From Daphnia carinata (lineage: Eukaryota), in NCBI RefSeq assembly GCF_022539665.2, contig NC_081333.1:11222001-11286000 (forward strand): a DNA stretch of 64,000 nucleotides, written 5' to 3'. The notes below the pieces were generated by a model. That model did not search any database and was not told the origin of the DNA. It worked only from the letters and a program-made list of their open reading frames with translations. Position numbers and translations under genes: made by a program. The stretch's first letter is position 1. Each line of letters starts with the position of its first letter. Positions 59,755 to 64,000 of this stretch are shown piece by piece.

Positions 59755-62681
59755 ATGTTCCAAGTCGTTCGCAATCGTGTTTTACCTTGTTGGAGGTCTA
59801 TTATCGTTGTATTAGCTCCACTTCTACTTCTTCCGCTACCATTGTCAAGAATGAAGGTAGACCTAACAACTGGACAACAAGATACTGATGGATACTGATG
59901 ATTTTGAAAATATTTCAGTATGTTTCTGTATTAAAAAAAAAATAATTTCCGTTTCTATTCGCCACAGGAAGCCGAATGTGGTTACGTCATTTTGATAATG
60001 GCTATTTTCTGGATGACCGAAGCGCTTCCTCTACCCGTAACGAGTTTGATTCCGGTAGTTGCCTTGCCACTCTTTGGCATTATGGAAACGAGTGACGTGT
60101 CTACGGCCTACATGAAGGCAATTATAGATATTACGTTGATTTTTTAAATCTTTATAGCAATTTACGTATGTAGGATACCAATATGATGTTCATTGGTGGC
60201 CTTATACTGGCTCTGGCTATTCAATTTTGCAATTTGCATAAAAGAGCCGCTTTGGCTGTGCTTTTGCTCGTCGGTGCTAAGCCAAGATGGTAATGTACTT
60301 CCGCAAGAATTCTACTTCTTAGTCTCCTATCGTGCAATTTCATATCCTTGCGAAATTAAATTGAAAAAAACAACGGGTAATTACTGACCTTCGTTCTTTC
60401 TTTTCTTTACGGCCTTGTAAGGTTATTGGCTGGCTTCATGGGAACTACAGCTTTTCTGTCTATGTGGATCTCCAACACAGCAACAACGGCCATGATGGTG
60501 CCAATCGTGGACGCCGTTGCTGCCGAATTGTACAAGGTCGGTTACACTTTTCGTTTTACTTTTTATTCATACCGCGACCATAATAACACTCGCCTTTGTC
60601 TTGAGAGCGTAATCTACAATGATTATAGTCAATTTACATATTGGGTCATTTAACGTTTTTTTACCAATTGAAACCGGGTCCATGAAAACGTTTTTACCCT
60701 GAAATATTTCGAAGCTGTCAGGTCTAGCGGTGGATGCATGTTCTTGCATCCATTAGTGCTGACACCTCTTTAACATGACTGATTGAATTAAGAGGCCTAA
60801 TGAAATATTTCGCGTTAGGAAGACGACGTGGAAATGGTGAGATCTATTTCTCAATCGACAGTGGCTACCAGTTCTGGTAGTGTAGAAGAGCTAGTCCCAT
60901 CCGAATCGATAGAAAGAGCAAAACAATCAGCAGCGGCAGAAGCTGAGCGGAGGAGAAAAGTCCGGGCTGGAATCATGATTTCCACATGTTTGTTCGAAAA
61001 AAACGTTTTTGTTTTGATACCTTTTTATATTTATACATAAAATCTGCTTCTACAGCATATTGCTCAGTCATCGGAGGAACTGGATCTCTGATCGGATCTT
61101 CACCTCAATTAGCTTTGAAAGGAATCATTCAAGAGTAAACAACTGCTATTTTTATTCTTTAATATTCATATATTTCAAACGGAAATGTATTTCCTTCTTC
61201 ACACAATAACCTAAAAGGACTTTTGGAGCGACGGAATTGAATTTTGCAAGCTGGATGGCTTTTACCGTTCCCGGCATGTTCATTAACCTGCTCTTTGTTT
61301 GGGTTTGGCTTCAAGTGATCTTTATAGGATTATGCAGGTACGTAACAAAACTATGTTAAACTAATAATTCCGTACATCAGTAACAATGAGTCACTTCTGG
61401 CCAGGCGAACGGACGGAGGAAGAGAAAAAGAAGTAATCAAAGTGATCCGTCAAAAGTTCAAAGATCTCGGCCCAATGACATTCCACGAAATCGCTGTTCT
61501 TGTTCTCTTTATCCTCTGTGTTGCGCTCTGGTTCTTCCGTGACCCAGGATTCATGCCCGGCTGGGCAGAGTTATTTGGGAGCGCAGAGAAGGTTGATGAC
61601 GCAACAGCTGCTATGCTCATCGTCGTGCTGCTATTTATTATTCCTGCCAAGTCCCCGTTTGGTTGCCAAGAAGAACAGTCAGGTATAGTACAAGTACAAG
61701 AGGAGCACTTAATCATGGAGCATAATAACAAATTACGTATTTCCATCGCCTTGATTCCGCACAGAAACTGACGGTGGAAGCCACAAACCCAGCTCGGCTC
61801 TCTTAGAGTGGAAGTACGTTCAAGATAGACTTCCTTGGGGAGTCATTCTTCTCTTAGGTAATATTTTGACAGCTTAACGATGTAATGGATCAACCAAAAC
61901 TCGAAGTTTGGTGATGTTGTATGTTCATATTTGCACAGTCATAGTAACGAACGAACTGCGCATTTATTGCGGAATACTTTATCGTCGTCAGGTGGAGGTT
62001 ATGCTTTATCTGATGCTACTAAAAAATCTGGATTATCTAATTGGATTGGTGTGCAACTGGCCGGTATGGTAGTTTTACCCCCATTCCTCATTATGCTAGT
62101 TGTTTGTGTTATCACGGCAGCTATAACCGAGGTTGCATCTAATACCGCAGTGGCCAACATATTTCTTCCGATTCTTGCTGACACGGTGATACTTGGTGCA
62201 TGTTTAATCAAATTTACTGGTGTCACGTAACAAAATTAATTCCTATTAAATGTAGGCGATAGCAATCCGAATCAATCCTTTATACTTCATGATACCCGTG
62301 ACGGCCACTTGGTAGTACAAAATTTAATCATTTATTGGTTTTGTAACACTAGATCGTGGAATATTGGCTATTTTAAAAATATGATTTTGCTTTTATTACA
62401 GCTCATACGCTTTCATGCTGCCAGTATCCACTCCACCCAATGCGATCGCATTCGCCGCGGCAAATATGAAACCAAATGAAATGGTAGCTATATGACGTCA
62501 AACTAAGCAGCTATTATAAGTGATTCAAAAATATGTTCAACAGATGAAAGCCGGCTGGTTTATCAAGTTGGTGTGCGTTATCGTCATATGCGTCACTATG
62601 GAGACGTGGGGTAACGTTGTGTTTGGAAGCAAACAATTTCCAGAATGGGCTAACGTCACCGCAATCACCTTGCGTACTTAG
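59755..62681 (+). CDS. SLC13/DASS-family di/tricarboxylate transporter (NaCT/NaDC/Indy-like), multi-exon
   Basis: ATG 59755 ([30 protein letters not shown]), [121 protein letters not shown], ending [18 protein letters not shown] (TAG 62679-62681). Paralog assignment is not possible by eye. Confidence 0.95.
60118..60173 (+). other. Non-canonical GC-AG intron (56 bp) in the SLC13 gene
   Basis: TAC ATG AAG|GCAATT...TATGTAG|GAT ACC AAT restores the conserved YMK-DTNM; no suitable GT donor is present. Confidence 0.85.
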
Positions 62682-64000
62682 CACAATATCCTGTTTTATC
62701 TATTTCCATTGAACTTTCCCTGATACGAAGTGGAGTCCTTAAAAGCCATCTGTTTTGACATACGTTTGAAAGCCGATATGTTGAGCAAACACTGTGATGT
62801 GATGGTATAAGTTATTCAGCCTGACCATAAAAATTTATTTGAAAAAACTTTAGCCTAAGCATGGCAGAGTGACTTACGGTGTTCGTGGAATTTATCATAG
62901 CCAAAATTTTAAAATAAAACAAATATGGACGTATATTTGCGACATCGTGAGCGGCAAAAGATTTTTAGCCAATTCCGTAGTCATAATTTTTCTATTTTCT
63001 AAAATCACAGTAGTGTGTTACTGGGCACAACACATTATTTTAGGACGTATTCCGTTTCTTCAGCTCTTCTTCCGGATTGTATTAACCACGCTCTGAGTAA
63101 GCTACTCGGGGAAGGCCATGTCTGAGCTTAAGGGCTCAATTTAGGTTAGGACTACCATTACCATGTAGGAAGAACGTCGCCCATAAGAACAAAAGGTTCG
63201 ATTCTTTACGACAAAATTATAGAAATTGTTTTTAAAAACTTCTATTGCTTATCTAAACAGGCTTACCAGTGATCTGTTATCCAAGTTGAGCTCTTGCCTC
63301 AGTTCATCGGCAGCTCGTGTGACTTAATCGCACATGACCAGTGGGATCTCAGTAACGTTTTGTGATTCCAGTTCAAGCATCTTCCCAACAACAGCAATGG
63401 CGAAGTGGATGAGTCACATAAATGACAAGGTCTTGCGTTGATTTACATAAAATTTTAGGTAATAATAATTTGGGTACGGGAGATTTCCTGCTAGCTTGGC
63501 CATGTCTATTTCCAGAACAAATAATAATTTAAAAAGATATACAGACATAAAAAATATGAAAACATAAAAACAAAAATGATAGTGATGTCGGATGACTCGG
63601 CTGCCGGAATCTAGTCTGTAAACTTGCCTCATTCTACAGTGGTCACGGATATAACAGCAGTTCTGTTAGTTTAGCGACATTACATCCCGATTGAAGCAAG
63701 CGGCTGCGGCAGGCACGAAGAACACGAACATGCGCCTGAATATCTTACTTGCCCATGATGTACGTTGATGAACCTTCGTCTCATACACGTAAAAATGTGT
63801 CAAATTTATTCATTAGGACTGTTTACCGACAACACCCGCATTATTAAAAGTTACGGGCAAGTCTATTAAACAGTGAAATCCAGTGCATAAATTTCGTTTG
63901 CAAATCGGAGGAAATGATCGGCACGATAAAAGTGGAATGTTTTTGTGCTTCGAAAGCGAAATACAAAATGATGTAAAGGATATATGTTAACTTTTTTCTG

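Noticed and set aside
59881..59900. GATACTGATG x2 tandem duplication in an SLC13 intron; similar 10-bp direct repeats at 42012/42058 and ~45332/45354
   Set aside because: Short local duplications consistent with slippage or chance; not CRISPR-like arrays.
21737..62690. Stop-codon readthrough or selenocysteine recoding at gene ends
   Set aside because: No TGA-CTAG-type context at the stops I checked, no in-frame TGA required in the gene models, and no SECIS recognised.

Overview
Eukaryotic, compact arthropod-type genomic DNA: mostly ~55-70 bp GT-AG introns, homopolymer-rich intergenic sequence and a gene set consistent with a branchiopod crustacean such as Daphnia (taxon is my inference). Six spliced protein-coding genes can be reconstructed. 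They are the 5' part of MLH1 (minus strand, runs off the left edge), Mediator subunit MED1 head-to-head with it, a mitochondrial amidoxime-reducing component (mARC/MOSC), a two-coding-exon Kekkon-5/6-like LRR-Ig receptor (minus), PDZD8 and an SLC13/Indy-type carboxylate transporter. The Kekkon gene sits in about 40 kb of non-coding sequence (10.2-21.7 kb and 25-53 kb) that probably holds its 5' UTR exons, long introns and enhancers. I found no CRISPR array, rRNA, convincing tRNA or intact transposon, and no clearly new multi-gene system. The best second-look items are the layered regulation of the kekkon gene (three uORFs, neural miRNA and Pumilio sites, two RFX X-boxes, distant candidate promoters), a GC-AG intron, an overlapping uORF and a variant GSSPQ motif in the SLC13 gene, an RPN-to-RPT change in mARC, a CpG-depletion footprint, and two spliced-looking segments with no long ORF. 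Most short ORFs in the supplied track are noise.
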